Below, piece after piece: positions 38,477 through 50,818 of a DNA stretch of 64,000 bases. The stretch covers positions 62,001 through 126,000 of the forward strand of contig NMRA01000333.1 in NCBI GenBank assembly GCA_002633005.1, read 5' to 3'. Origin of the DNA: Phoronis australis (Eukaryota; Animalia; Phoronida). The translations under genes were made by a program, and so were the position numbers. The notes beneath the pieces are model-generated. The model worked only from the letters and a program-made list of their open reading frames with translations. It did not search any database and was not told the DNA's origin. Positions within the stretch are counted from its first letter, which is position 1, and each line of letters opens with the position of its first letter.

Positions 38477-39489
38477 TTAAATCAAGGGCGTTACATAGGA
38501 AGGTCCCTACTTATTTTCAATAACATTGACAATTCAGCGAAGAATTCACTCTCACTTTGTATCAAAGCCAAAAATCGACTTAGTAATGAGATTAAAACAA
38601 TATAAAAAGGTCCATCAGTGTTTTCACAATTCCATAAATACGCAAAAGATTTAGGAACCTTGGTTGACTCCCTATATTGGGACTGTTTCATGCAACCGGG
38701 CATTGTAGTCTTAATTTCATCTCCATGCAGTAGACAGTCAGTTGCCACCAACAAAACGTAACGCTGTCAAATCGAAGGAAGATTGTTTTTCCGCATAGTC
38801 AGTTGCGTCAGGTGAACAGCGCACCTAATCGTGCCACTTCCTTAAACGGAGATTTGTCATTTTTAAATGCTGTATAAGGGTTATCCAGATAGCCCCAGCA
38901 ATACTTAAGCAACACAGGAAAATACGATTTAATCACTCAAGCAAATGAGATAGATCTTTACTTAGCTCAATGCATAAACGTAGGCTCGTCAAATAACACG
39001 TTAAATAGCCTTTTCGCGAGATGTTGAGTCACCACCAGATCGCAGAACAATGAGCAAAAGGTCGGAAGTAGTTGTTTGAATAGAACACCATATACGGATT
39101 CTCACGGTGACGCCAATAAGTATAACCGTAAATTGCATGTCACAAGTTATGACATTTGCGTGTTCAGAGTGACGCCCAAAACATATCGTAGGAACAACAC
39201 TCTCGGGTGCTACCGATCAAGTTAGGCTTTAAAACGCGCAATTAATGCAATACTGAGTGCCAGAAACGGTTCTTACAGCTGTTTGAACCGATCTGAATGA
39301 AAGATGCTCAGGGTGATGTGAATGGGTTAGTATTCTTTAAAATCATGGATATGCCGCTCTGTGTAACAGTCACTTTTTCCAACAGGCGTTAGCAGTTGAG
39401 AGTCTCAGGCTCCAAGTTTCAGTGAAAAGTCACCAGGAGTGCAGAGAAAGGAATCGGATCCGGTGTTGTAGTACGTATGCGATAACTAT

Positions 39490-39892
39490 GGTGGGCGTGG
39501 CTGAACTGGGTTGGCGGAACTACCCATCATATTGTCTAGGTGACCAATCTGAGCGAACCAGCCTGCGTTGCTAGGTTAATTGACGCCATGTTACAACAAA
39601 CGACGAGTCTGAAAAGATTGTAAACTGCCAGTCCTACGAGGAACTAGCTTAAATCAGGGCAATGCTCAACCCGTACACAGGTGGCGCAGGTTCAAGACTG
39701 CGATCGACAAGCTTGTTCGCGACGTCACAAGCGTGACCAATGTTACAAAAAATACGATAAGCGTGATAAACCTTTTGATTTCTTTCTTTTTTCAGTATAA
39801 ATAATTGGTATGAGCATATCTGTCGCCACTCCTGTAGAGTAGACCTCTGCCATCAAAGTGCACACTCTTGGTTCAAGTGATTTAATTTACAG
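39490..39892 (+). promoter_or_regulatory. Probable promoter and non-coding exon 1 of the tachykinin-like precursor gene
   Basis: GC box gggcgtggc ~39493, CCAAT 39544 and 39736, CRE-like tgacgcca 39581 and cgacgtca 39720, TATAAATA 39796, strong donor acag|gtaaga at 39892. The proposed acceptor is tactttcag at 43649. Linkage to the CDS is inference. Confidence 0.55.
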
Positions 39893-41424
39893 GTAAGAAC
39901 AATTTTATTCCTAAAATGTTTTTATAGAAGCAAATTGCAACTGCACCTTTTGTACTCGGAATCGAGCCCAAATTTGTCTTTGGTATTTCCCGTTCTACCT
40001 TTGTGCGTACTCAAGATATGTGTTTGTAATTTTGTACAAGCAAACATTATGGTTTGCATGAATGATTGCTTAATCCTAGTTTGCACTTGTTGACCACGGC
40101 ATGAGAGCCAAACATATATTTATTATTTATCATAATGACACGGATGCACCACAGAATGCTATACAAAATCAAATGAATGTGCAATGCGTCTCCAGTCCTC
40201 TTGGGCTTATAAGTCACGTGATACAAATTAAGATGTGATCAGTTACACATAACACATGCTACTGTTGCATCAAAACTTCCCAAGAACTTCTGGATAGTTT
40301 GGAAAGAAGGGAGGGTTCATTCGGAAACTCTGTTTTTGGACGATTATATCTGATTCAATGAAAATAAAACGCATTTCGTGTTCAATTAAGTTTTGGTTAC
40401 TACCTAATTTCATTTAACGGTCGTCCAGAGTTTATATATTGCTAGAATATGAGGGCCATAAAGAGCAAACCAGGTCTAAGGACTCATATTCGTGGGCTAC
40501 AACATGCTGGAACACACGCCTTTCTTGAATTGGTCCTAAAGTAGAACAGGCAACATCCCTAAGGAAATTTTGCGTGAATCAGGACCAGAGTTCGTAGCTT
40601 GGTAGATGTACTTTGTTGTTATTCAGAGACAGGAAGGCTTTAGAATCAAGGATGTGTAGGGTTTCTATTTGGAAATCAGAATTTTTAATAAAAATGGATA
40701 GCATGCACAGGAGGCTGTATGTTTTTGGTGCTAGCTGCCATAGCTGTGCTGTGTTCCGTACATCCAAAACTCTGACCCAGCATTTGCTTCTTAAACGAAA
40801 ACAGCGATTTCAATGAAAAGTGTTTATTCTTTTCTGACAACACTACGAAGGCTTGCGTGATCTTGCTTTTCAAAAAAACATGTTCTGCGGAACTCGGCAA
40901 AGGTGATACTCCATCAGTAGCTCAGCTCACCTGAACGATAAACTCGTTAATCAACTGTAAGGCGCTTCCTTCGTCGATCACGTGATGAATAATGTGACTC
41001 CCTGTCAGCAATCTTTCCCTCGCAACCGGCAACTAAGTGGCCTCAGAATACGTTACTCACGCTTGTTGATTTCTCAAAATTTACCAAGAAAATTTCACTC
41101 CAAACTTTTTAGAATTGACTTGAGAGTAATGTCTTGTTTCAAAGATGAAAATCATCTTGAGGTAAATTACAACTGTAAGGAGGCTTCAAAGTTTTGTTCA
41201 GCGAGATTTTTGAAAACACTCGTTTACTCAAAGGTAAATGTTTGCCAGGTGAAAAGGATGTTATGTACTACTTAATTAATAATGATTGAAAAGTTTGGAC
41301 TGATTTTCTTTTTTCTCATTGTATACGTGTATGCCTTGCCTATTTTTGGACGTTCTCTTTGGAAATGATGACTTTGTAAGCCCAAGTTGTGGCTGAGTGG
41401 CAATTACTACAGGTCACTAAATAA

Positions 41425-41447
41425 TTGATTGATTGATTTATTTATTA

Positions 41448-41479
<32 letters not shown>
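41425..41479. repeat. (ATTG)n microsatellite
   Basis: Interrupted attg run. Confidence 0.9.
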
Positions 41480-41480
<1 letters not shown>

Positions 41481-43692
41481 ACGTTCAAGGCAAAGTCATA
41501 GTTACACACACATTATTGCGTTAATGTATAGTTTAATTATCTCCAACCTATGAAATATTGAATTTGGAGAATATTTAGAAAAATGATGCTGTTTTGAAGC
41601 CCCCATTACTGATTTTTAGCTAATTCAAATTGTCGTTTGACTAATCTAATGGTTGTATTAATCAACTGGTGTAGCAACGTTTGAATAATAGGTTTTGTAA
41701 TATGTTCTTAGTGATTAACCCAATTTTCAGGTTCTATGTATAAGCATGTACTTCGCTTGGACACAACACTAACAGTTTGAATAAAGCCGTGTATCTGCTG
41801 TAAATGTTTTATCGAATGCACTATCGTAGTCTAGAATAAAAACAATTTACACAAATTAGTGTGACTTCACAAATGCAGTTTACTAATGATAATTGGTACA
41901 ACACAGCGCCCTCAGTTGCACGTCATGCAAAAGACAAGTCCTGTAAATGTTTTATCAATCTCCGTGTGAATAGTTAGTCAAACAAAAGGCGATTTAGTGA
42001 TTTCCGTTGTTTTGCTTATTCTCAGAAAACGCATTTTAAGTAGTGGTAAATTGCGTCCTCGTGGCCAAGTCACTTAAAGCAAAACTAGATAAACAGCTTT
42101 GAGAGAGTTTGACTGATTAATGACGTTAAGTTCTCAAACAATATAGAGTATCATATCGCGGCATGAGCCATAGGGTCAAACTATTCTAAAGAATATTAAT
42201 GGTCATATCTATCAGCATGAGGGAAATTGAACAGTTTGTTGAAGACGTTTCTATACTAAATTTTACGTATATCCTCTCCAGCGTGAAAACAGGAGATTCC
42301 TTGGTCACACGCCACTGCACACGCTGAGCCTTCGATAAGTAACATCTCCATCTCTCAATGCTAACCTCCCATTGGTCATTTGTACCCACAACAACGTAAA
42401 CATGCGGTGGCATCACAGATAATTTGTAAACGTGAAACCTTCTTCATAATTTGCCTTTTAGGTGATGAGATTTGACTTCAGCGTAACCGGGTGAATCTTG
42501 CGCAAAAGACTCACAAATACACCAACTCATTCTATGTAATTTAGTGCTTTCAATGTTTTATTTTTTCAGCTATCCCACAATGCCTTTGAAAAACAGTATC
42601 AGCACTGCAGATGAAATGCCCGAATCTCTTTACGTCTCTTCCCAAGAATGTTGATTAACATTAACATATCGGCCGACTAAACAGATCTTTACTTTTTTTG
42701 AGGCTGAGAAAGTTTGCCTTCCAAAGGGCCTACACCCCGTCAAAAGTATCTTATTTCATATCCATAACACGGGTAGAAATTGATGACCTCAAATCGGTGT
42801 GCGTACCATAGACGCAAAAAACTCGCTAAAGCGCAAGGTCATGCAAGACTTCGCGAGATATTGTCATGCCTTACAAGCAAACCACGTGATTGCACTAATA
42901 TTACTCGCGAAAATCTTGTTTCGTTGTTTGCAGCTGATAAAGAGAAAGTCAGTCTTTACCTTTAAAACAGAACTACAGGTAGGCGTCAGGTTCGCAAATG
43001 GCCGGTAGGGGGTGACAGGGACGCACCGCCTCGTCCATGGTCTCTACTAAACTAGATACTGTTTTAACTCCTTAGCTCTTGTAACGACTCTCCTGTTAGT
43101 CAACTCTGTTGTCACGTAATAGGACATTCTTGATGCTCAGAAAATATGCTTGACCTTTTAACTAGTTGTCTCCGCGTCCAACGATATTTAGAAATGTGGT
43201 CTCACGCTATGGGATTCAAGCTCCAGTAAGTCATCAATCGGCGGCCCTGTCACAAAAATGTTACAGAATAAAATCGGGTTTTAAGTTGTCTGTATGAATT
43301 AAAACTGGATTTACATTCTTCACTTGGCTTTCTTCAGTTGCACCGTTTGGTCGCATTTGTATGAAATGAAAATGTATCGTACATTCTTACAGTGGAACTT
43401 TAACTGCATTTAGCAGTTGGGTTCTGTCAAATGAAATCACTAACCGAGAGCCCAACCAATCCAGAGAGCCTCTGGATGAGACAGCTGCCAAAACAGGTAC
43501 ATGTAGCTGTCACGCCTTCTAGCGTTTAAGCAGGAACTAGCCCGCATGGAGACCATATGGCCCTCTCGTGTACCCGTGGCCCCTCCAGTGGGAAGAGAGT
43601 TCACAGTGGAACTGAGATTTTCATGCAGAATACATTACTATACTTTCAGACAGGAAGGCAGATACATTACCGTCAGTCGGGTTAGTTCCAAA

Positions 43693-43797
43693 ATGCGCAT
43701 ATCAACCTCACTAATATGCGTGGGCAGTTTGTGCGCCGTATACGTCTCGGCGCTTTACGTCCCGGATGAAGAGAAGCGGCGCTGGAGCTCGTCCAAG
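43693..43797 (+). CDS. Tachykinin-related neuropeptide precursor, coding exon 1 (signal peptide)
   Basis: caaaATG context; MRISTSLICVGSLCAVYVSA-LYVPDEEKRRWSSSK; hydrophobic core, VSA cleavage site, dibasic KR; donor AAG|gtaatc in phase 0. Confidence 0.8.
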
Positions 43798-44263
43798 GTA
43801 ATCTGTTCTGGTCATTGGAATATTCACAGTAGGCCTAGCAGATGTTAAATGGGTCTTCTTTTAGCAGATTATTTTCTCGCCAAATAATTTCATGAGCACA
43901 TTTCTCGCGTTAATGTGTTGTTTATTAATAGAACTACGATTAATCTTGCTTTATTACATTTTACAAGTTTGGAACCGCATGCGGTAAGACAAGAAAATAT
44001 TTTATATCATTTAAAGTGACAAGTGTTTATTCCAGAAATAAAGACCCCGACTCAGTGTAAAAAAGCCAATGAAATCTTGCGCGTGCATCATTTTGCTTCT
44101 TTCCTACGAGCACTGCCTCAACAAAAAACTGCAGAAACGCTGTTGCTCGCACCTAGATTGGCGGAACACTTCACCTAGTAATGGAAAAACAAAGGAACGA
44201 CGCTCCACAGTTGCAAACTCTTGACTACTACCACTTCTTTAAAAATTTAAAAATTGTTTTCAG

Positions 44264-44480
44264 AAGTTCGAAACCTCCAACGACTTTGACGTAGTTCATC
44301 ATGCCAGGCATGTGCCAGGAGAACCACGTGTCAGTGCGAGCTTGATGACGTCAGGGAGGCACAACACACAAGCCATCGACCAAGAAATGCGCAGAACAAA
44401 TATTAGAAAATTACTCAAGCTGTTTATCAGCTATTTAAAAGAAAGGACGCCAGAAAAAAAGTTGACTAAGTTTGAATTAG
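44264..44480 (+). CDS. Tachykinin-related neuropeptide precursor, coding exon 2 (propeptide)
   Basis: Acceptor ttgttttcag, donor TTAG|gtaaat. 217 nt open in phase 0 in / phase 1 out: KFETSNDFDVVHHARHVPGEPRV...RKLLKLFISYLKERTPEKKLTKFEL. Confidence 0.72.
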
Positions 44481-44830
44481 GTAAATTAGATAGACTTTAC
44501 ATATGTACTTGTAAATATCACACATAAACAAGATTTGAAAGAATGAAAATTTGATTTAGGTCAGCACTGTGTTTTTTGTGATGGTTATTAATTTTAACAA
44601 CTAATGGAAGAAAGACTCGTTAAACAAGATGAAAAGGATCTTTGAACTTGATTACAATATGGCCGAGACAACAGCGTTATTGTTTATTCTACTAGATATT
44701 GTTGAAAACAAAAATTCATTTTAGTAATTGTTTGTTGTTTTTACTTTCCTGTGTTTCTTGACGTGTCTAAAATTAAATGACATGTCTCGGGTACCACGAT
44801 GAAAGTTAATAAGTTCTCTTCTATTTCCAG

Positions 44831-44934
44831 ATGACGACACTTCAATGGGCAAAAATGAAAAAAGAAACAATACGAAGTACCCCAAAAATCATCGTTTTTA
44901 CGCCATGCGAGGGCGCAGGAAACGGGATAGTTGA
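44831..44934 (+). CDS. Tachykinin-related neuropeptide precursor, coding exon 3 (mature peptide NNTKYPKNHRFYAMRamide)
   Basis: Strong acceptor ttctcttctatttccag. Phase 1: DDDTSMGKNE-KR-NNTKYPKNHRFYAMR-G-RRKR-DS-stop. F-x-A-x-R-amide fits the invertebrate tachykinin motif Fx(G/A)xRamide. AATAAA at 45461. Confidence 0.82.
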
Positions 44935-46968
44935 AGAAGTAAACGTGTGTAGCGTTCCTAGACCAACTTTCTTGTAAGAAAAATCGAGATCACACGAGTC
45001 CTTCTGAGATATTGTCATTTATTACAAGTGAAGCACGGTATCACACTAGCTGTTCTCATGAAATTCTTGTGTCTACGGAACTCAGCCCTATACAGGATAT
45101 TTCGGTTTTCGACGATAAATTCACGGTAAAATCTTCTCAAGTTCCAGTTCCGGATAAATGAATGCACTGTAATCACTGAAGCAGAGAGCACTATTTTGAC
45201 TTTTGAACATGTTGACGAACTTCAAAATTAACTAGCCGTGTACTAGCTGGTAGTGGCCAGCACAGAACTGACAGAGTTGCAAAAGACGAATGAATCGCTC
45301 AAAACGTCATCTGTTGAGAAAAACAACGACGACCGCGCTGGAGAAGAAGTGCTGCAACAGTAAACGAGAACAAAATTTGTTGAACCGAAGGAGACATTTT
45401 CTCACTCTGATTAAAAGGCAATTTGATGAATTTGTTCCCAACTTATTTGGATTTACCCAAAATAAATGTTTCAACGGCAGGTTTTTCTCTTTGAGGAAGA
45501 TGGTGCTACCAAAGGTTTGGTAGGTTTTAGTATTGTAAATTGTAAGTAATGAGTGCACCGCGTTGTACTCCATAGCACATAGAGATAACGTTAAAAAGCA
45601 TAGTTGGTGCCGGTCCGTGATTGCTTTGGACACCGATGCGTCAGTGCACTATTTATCATTTTATATTTTCGAAAGCAAAAATCCACCTAATGTCAACTAA
45701 AGGGGTGCTGCTGATTTTTGTTTTTTCTTAATCTATCCAGTCTTAGAGGCTCAGTGACATGAGAGTGTCCTCTCCGGCGACACTTTCCCCTCAACGGCCC
45801 ATCATAGTATAGCAACAATGACGTCGCATTATCAAGCGCTCCGTTGTTATTGTTGAATAATGCACCTGACGTCATGCAACAATCAAACTTATCCAGCCGA
45901 TGATTTTGAAGTTTTATGCAACCCAGCCCAGATGGCGCGAAGTTGATCGTCAATACTGTGCGATGATCTTCCAATTCAAAGCTGATTCACTGGGCGGTTG
46001 CATGAAACAGTTCTAAACAGGGACTCAGATAAGTTCCCTAAACCTACCGCATATTCGTTGGCTTGAGAAAACACTGATTGTCCGTTCCTATACAGTAACT
46101 GAGTACCATTACTAAGTCAATTTTTGGCTTTGATACGGATCGAGAGTGAGCTCTACGTTGAATTCTCAATGTTTTTTGAAAATAAGTAGGGTTCTTTTGA
46201 TGCAACAGCCCTAATTTAAGGACTGTGAGGTCCTGTTTTGCGTGGGTGTCCACCGAGTTGTATCTTATTTACCTTAATTCATGATTCGTCACTGTCAATC
46301 GGACAGAACTGAGTCAGTTAAATTTCGATTTACGATTTTTGGCACAAGATATGCGACTGGTGATCTTACACAAAATTTTGAATCCGTGACATAGAGTGAG
46401 AGAAAGTTAAAATATTTTGTGTGCGGTTTCGTGAAAAACATCATATCAAAGTTTTATGTCTCATTATTTATTATGCACGGAAAGTTCGACTTTCACCATT
46501 CAAAAAGAAATATCAGTTTAGTATATATTATATGGATGGTTTTTACACAGTTCCCTTTGCCTCTGGCTGACATCAAGCTATAAACAGGATAGTTTAGTTT
46601 GTCACCCATAAGTTGATGAAGGTGGTCTTTTGAGCTGTTCATTGTATATGATATCTACAAATAAATGTTCTAATGTCTTATGTCTTATTTCCAGTGTTTT
46701 TTACGTTTATTTGAGTGTATAAATAGAGAATCATACACGAGTCTCAGGTTTAAGACATGGGCAAAACCTCTTGTAAATTTTGTCAAAATCCCGAGGATTT
46801 TTCTCTCATGAACCATAAAAACGATCTTCTTTGCTGAAAAAGTCTAAAACTTTCAACCACACGACGCAACTTTTGTAAAAACACGCTTGCGCAATGTAAA
46901 GTAATTCAGTTACTTTTTGTTAATAGGTTTAACAATTGTAAATTCCATTCAGCTTTCGTAGCAAATAT

Positions 46969-47768
46969 GGCGCTCAAACATAGGAGGATTCAGGGGGGCC
47001 CCAGGGGGCCGCCCCCCCCCCCCCTTGGCTGGCTCAAGGAAAACAGCGCTGAAGAGACGAGTGCACCAATTTGGAATGGCAGTGGGGGGCAGAGCGCAGC
47101 GGAATCGTGTTCCCGTTTTTTTCTTTAGTCCGATAGAGTTTGGCAACACCAGCTCCACATCGCCAGCCCACGAAACTTTCGGGCCGCCTGTCTGTGCATA
47201 CAATCGCGCTTTGCCCAATTCTTTGAGGCAACATCTTGCCCCCCCTCCCCCCTATAGCATCCTAGATCAGCCACTACTCAAAGATCTACTCACTTAAGTC
47301 AAAGTTAAGAATCTTCAACTCTAATGTGATGTCTGGTCTTCTTTACGGTTTAGAGCCGTGGAGACTTACAAAAACATTGGTTAATAGAGTACAGGTCTTT
47401 GTAAATAGATGCCTGCGAAAAATCCTGCAGATTAAATGGTCGGATAGAATCACAAATGAAGAGATTTGGCGAAAAACTGGGCATAAGAGGGTAGAGACTC
47501 AGATAAAGCGGCGAAAATGGAGGTGGGTGGGACACACCCTCAGAAAAGCTGAAAGCATCATAAAACAAGCCCTGTCCTGGAACCCGCACGGAAGTCGTCG
47601 ACGAGGCAGACCAGTCCAAACGTGGAGGAGGACAATGGAAGCCGAACTCCGTGAAACCGGATACAACATGCAGAAAATATGACAGATGAAGAACAACAGG
47701 ATTCGATGGCGTTCGGTCACAGAGGCCCTATCCACCACTGGGTGGCAAGGGTTTTAAGTCGAGTCAAG
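46969..47768 (+). mobile_element. 5'-truncated RTE-clade LINE with a 15-bp TSD, interrupted by a MITE
   Basis: (W)RSKIYSLKSKLRIFNSNVMSGLLYGLEPW...FVNRCLRKIL.IKW.DRITNEEIW...RRKWRWVGHTLRK...ALSWNPHGSRRRGRP; short aagtc-type tail; TSD tttcgt(a/g)gcaaatat at 46954-46968 and 47769-47783. Confidence 0.9.
46979..47276 (+). mobile_element. hAT-like MITE family B copy with a 6-bp TSD (ctcaaa)
   Basis: Termini cataggaggattcagg / cctagatcagccacta. Removing it plus one ctcaaa restores the RTE reading frame. Confidence 0.75.
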
Positions 47769-49472
47769 TTTCGTGGCAAATATTCAAGCTAGAATCTAAT
47801 AAATAGTCTTTGAAGTATATATAAATAACAGTCAGCAATGGTTGTTTCAGTGTTTGACAGACGATAAAATGTATAGCGTATGGAGTTCTACTTTGCACTA
47901 CTTTGTGATTTGTCCATGTAATATCAAAAAATACGTACTAGACAACTCAATGTTTAACCAGTCGTGTCGTAACACATTCTAAGTCATGTGAGACGACTGG
48001 TTTTAATCAGTCTTCTCACATGACTTGTTAAAACAATGTTTGAACCTCGGATCAACATGTATATACTTCACAACAAACAACAATGCATAGTCTACTACAC
48101 ATTTCAACGTTTTCTGTCAACACCAGACAACTCTCTGTTGCTTAGCTGGTTAAGTTCGGATATTTAGCGATAACGTATCTATCACTGTTATGACGCGATT
48201 CGGACCTAAAAATGAAAATCTAAATCCAGTCCCATCATATTTTCCAAAACTTTGCAAGTCTTGCATTTTTTCAATTCAGATAACCGAAGGGACAATTTAG
48301 CACTTGGAATTTCACAAAAGTATGTGTTTGGATAAATCGGTGTGCTAAGACAACGGTTGCACCCATTGTATGCTCCATTGTTTGCTGGGTCCAAAACGTC
48401 GAAATGATGTCTTACTAAGCAAGTGAATTGATGTTAAATGATTGCGTCGTTTTGATTGCCAATAAGTAGAGATGCCAAAATACTGGTCAGCAGTCCTCAA
48501 ATATGCCACCTAACTTCTTGATGTAAAACTCAAAGTCGGGAAACAGGAAAGGATTAATGCGCAAGTTCGACTGCCCGCGTTACGGTGACGTCATCCTTGT
48601 CAGAATCAGAACTGTACGCTCTGCGCTTCTGTCGAGCTGCAAGTCTCTTGAAAAATTTGCAACCTGCGTCGACGTGTGTTGTTTACCTTTCTTCACCGTT
48701 CTCATTTGTTTAGCACACCTCTAAGTATTACTCTTGTGCCAGTTTTCAAGCCCTCTTCGAATGCGATTGTCATAAACATCTTCGCTATGCCTTTTACGCC
48801 TAGCTCAATGTATTGCATAATTCTCCCTCAGTTTGGGCAGCTGTATGCATTTTTTCATGTATAAGCACAAGAATCAATGAGTCAGTTTTAATCATTTACC
48901 TCAGTGACAGAAAGCCCAAGCTCCACTTGTGGCATGAACTAAATCGTGCACAGGCTGCTGGGTAACCTGTTCTAAATTCATTTTTACAGTTCATTTTAGA
49001 ACAAATCAGTCACCAGCAGTAAAGTTGTACTAAAAGGTAATTCGGGAGTAAATTAATTGTCTGTTTTTTAATAACAGTTACGGTAAATTGACATGCTAAC
49101 GTGCACAGGTGTCATGACGCTAACTTGCAAAACGTGCAATATGATTTTTTCAACTCTAGTGGCGTCACATACTAACAATTAGGCGGTATTGAAACCAACG
49201 TTATTATGTGTCTTTTGTACAAATGAACTGGGTTGATTTCCGTGTTCTACAACACGTATCAGGGTCACTATATGCATCTCAGATGACACCTTATTTTTAT
49301 ATTTACTTGCTGTCGAAAGTGACTGTACGGGAGCCTTAAATATTTATCGTTTGAGATTTGTTAAGTAAAATAATCTTTTTAAAAAAACCCTGTAAAATTT
49401 GGTAAGAAGTCATTGTTTGTCAATTTTTTTCACTCTTGTATGCCGATAAGGCTGCACTTTTTAATCCATTAA

Positions 49473-50181
49473 AGAGGCTTGGAACGCAAAAAATAGACTA
49501 AGTTGCATTATTCAGAGTGCCACTGAAACAGAATTCAACCTGCTCACTTGATTGTTCGTAGAGACTTTTAATTTCTGTTAATGCCAAAGCATTTTTCTTT
49601 TAGTTTTCAATTTCAAAAGAAAAGACCTGTCAACTGATCGTCACTTTTCTCTCACAAGGCAAAGCACGCCTCGGTATGGCATAAACGAAGCACTTTTCCC
49701 TTATATGGAAACGTGACCTTTGACCTTTGACGTAAACAAAACAATGGCGACTAAGCAGCAGCCTGTTCCATTGAGGCAACTGATGTGGGATCTAACTGTT
49801 TAAAATTGTTATAAAGGTATCGTAGTATTCAAATATATTCTAAATGCACTTGAAATTATTTTTGTAGAATTGAGTGCTTCTCTGGTTTGTCTCAAACTCT
49901 GCTGACGACGTCAGATTCGCAGTGCGGCCACACATGATAATCTGCTGTTAATATCCATCTTGTCAGTCAACTTTTTGTTGAATGGAGGAAAATTAGAAAC
50001 TCTGTGGTGACTGCACTTTTTTTTTCTTAGCGGGTATTTCAAAAACCGTAAATTTTGTGACTTTTCTGGAAATTCCCACACAGGGGAAAGTGAATAACTC
50101 TGTAGTAGACGCTGTGAGATGGTATTTTCGTCAGGAATTGTTTAAAAGATATTATGACGAGCTTTCGCGTTCCATGCCTCT
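49473..50181 (+). mobile_element. MITE family C (Kolobok-like), TTAA TSD
   Basis: TTAA|agaggcttggaacgc ... gcgttccatgcctct|TTAA; homologous throughout to 60185-60831. Confidence 0.85.
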
Positions 50182-50818
50182 TTAAATTCTAATTTTGGAG
50201 GTTGAAAATTATGACCGCTATAGATTTCTTTAAAGGGTGTAAAAGAGCCTTCAGCATTAAACAAATCGCACACTGGTTCTGAATCTTACAATTCATGGGC
50301 TCAGCAGCAGCGTCGGACAAATGCGATTATTCGACTACTTTACACATAGCATTCTTGTTATGTTCTCACTCTGTGTATGATCTGAACGACTAAATCTTCA
50401 CTTGACCGTGGCTTGGTTCACTCTGTTGCACGTATCCCGTTGGATCCTTTTAGCATCAGTCGTGATTGCCTGTTGGGTTTATTATGTGTAGATAAACCCC
50501 TGGTGAGCTTGTGTTTTGGATCGTGCTGCGGGCTGAGACTGGGACTGTATCCCAATGAAGTTCGGTTAAAGGAACTGACCAGAGATACGTTGATGAGTGT
50601 TTATTAGTTTTGTTACGTCATGAGTGTTTATATAGTTTTATACCATTTTATTACATGTGCACATATATTGGCAACAAATATTGCCACTATATATCACGTG
50701 TACATAATCATTTTTCTTTCATTATTTTCTCTCATAGTTGTTGGTATCGGTACAGTGATTTCATTTACTCAGGTTTTAGTCAAGGAAATTAGCACTACTC
50801 AGTATAGACTGGATAATT

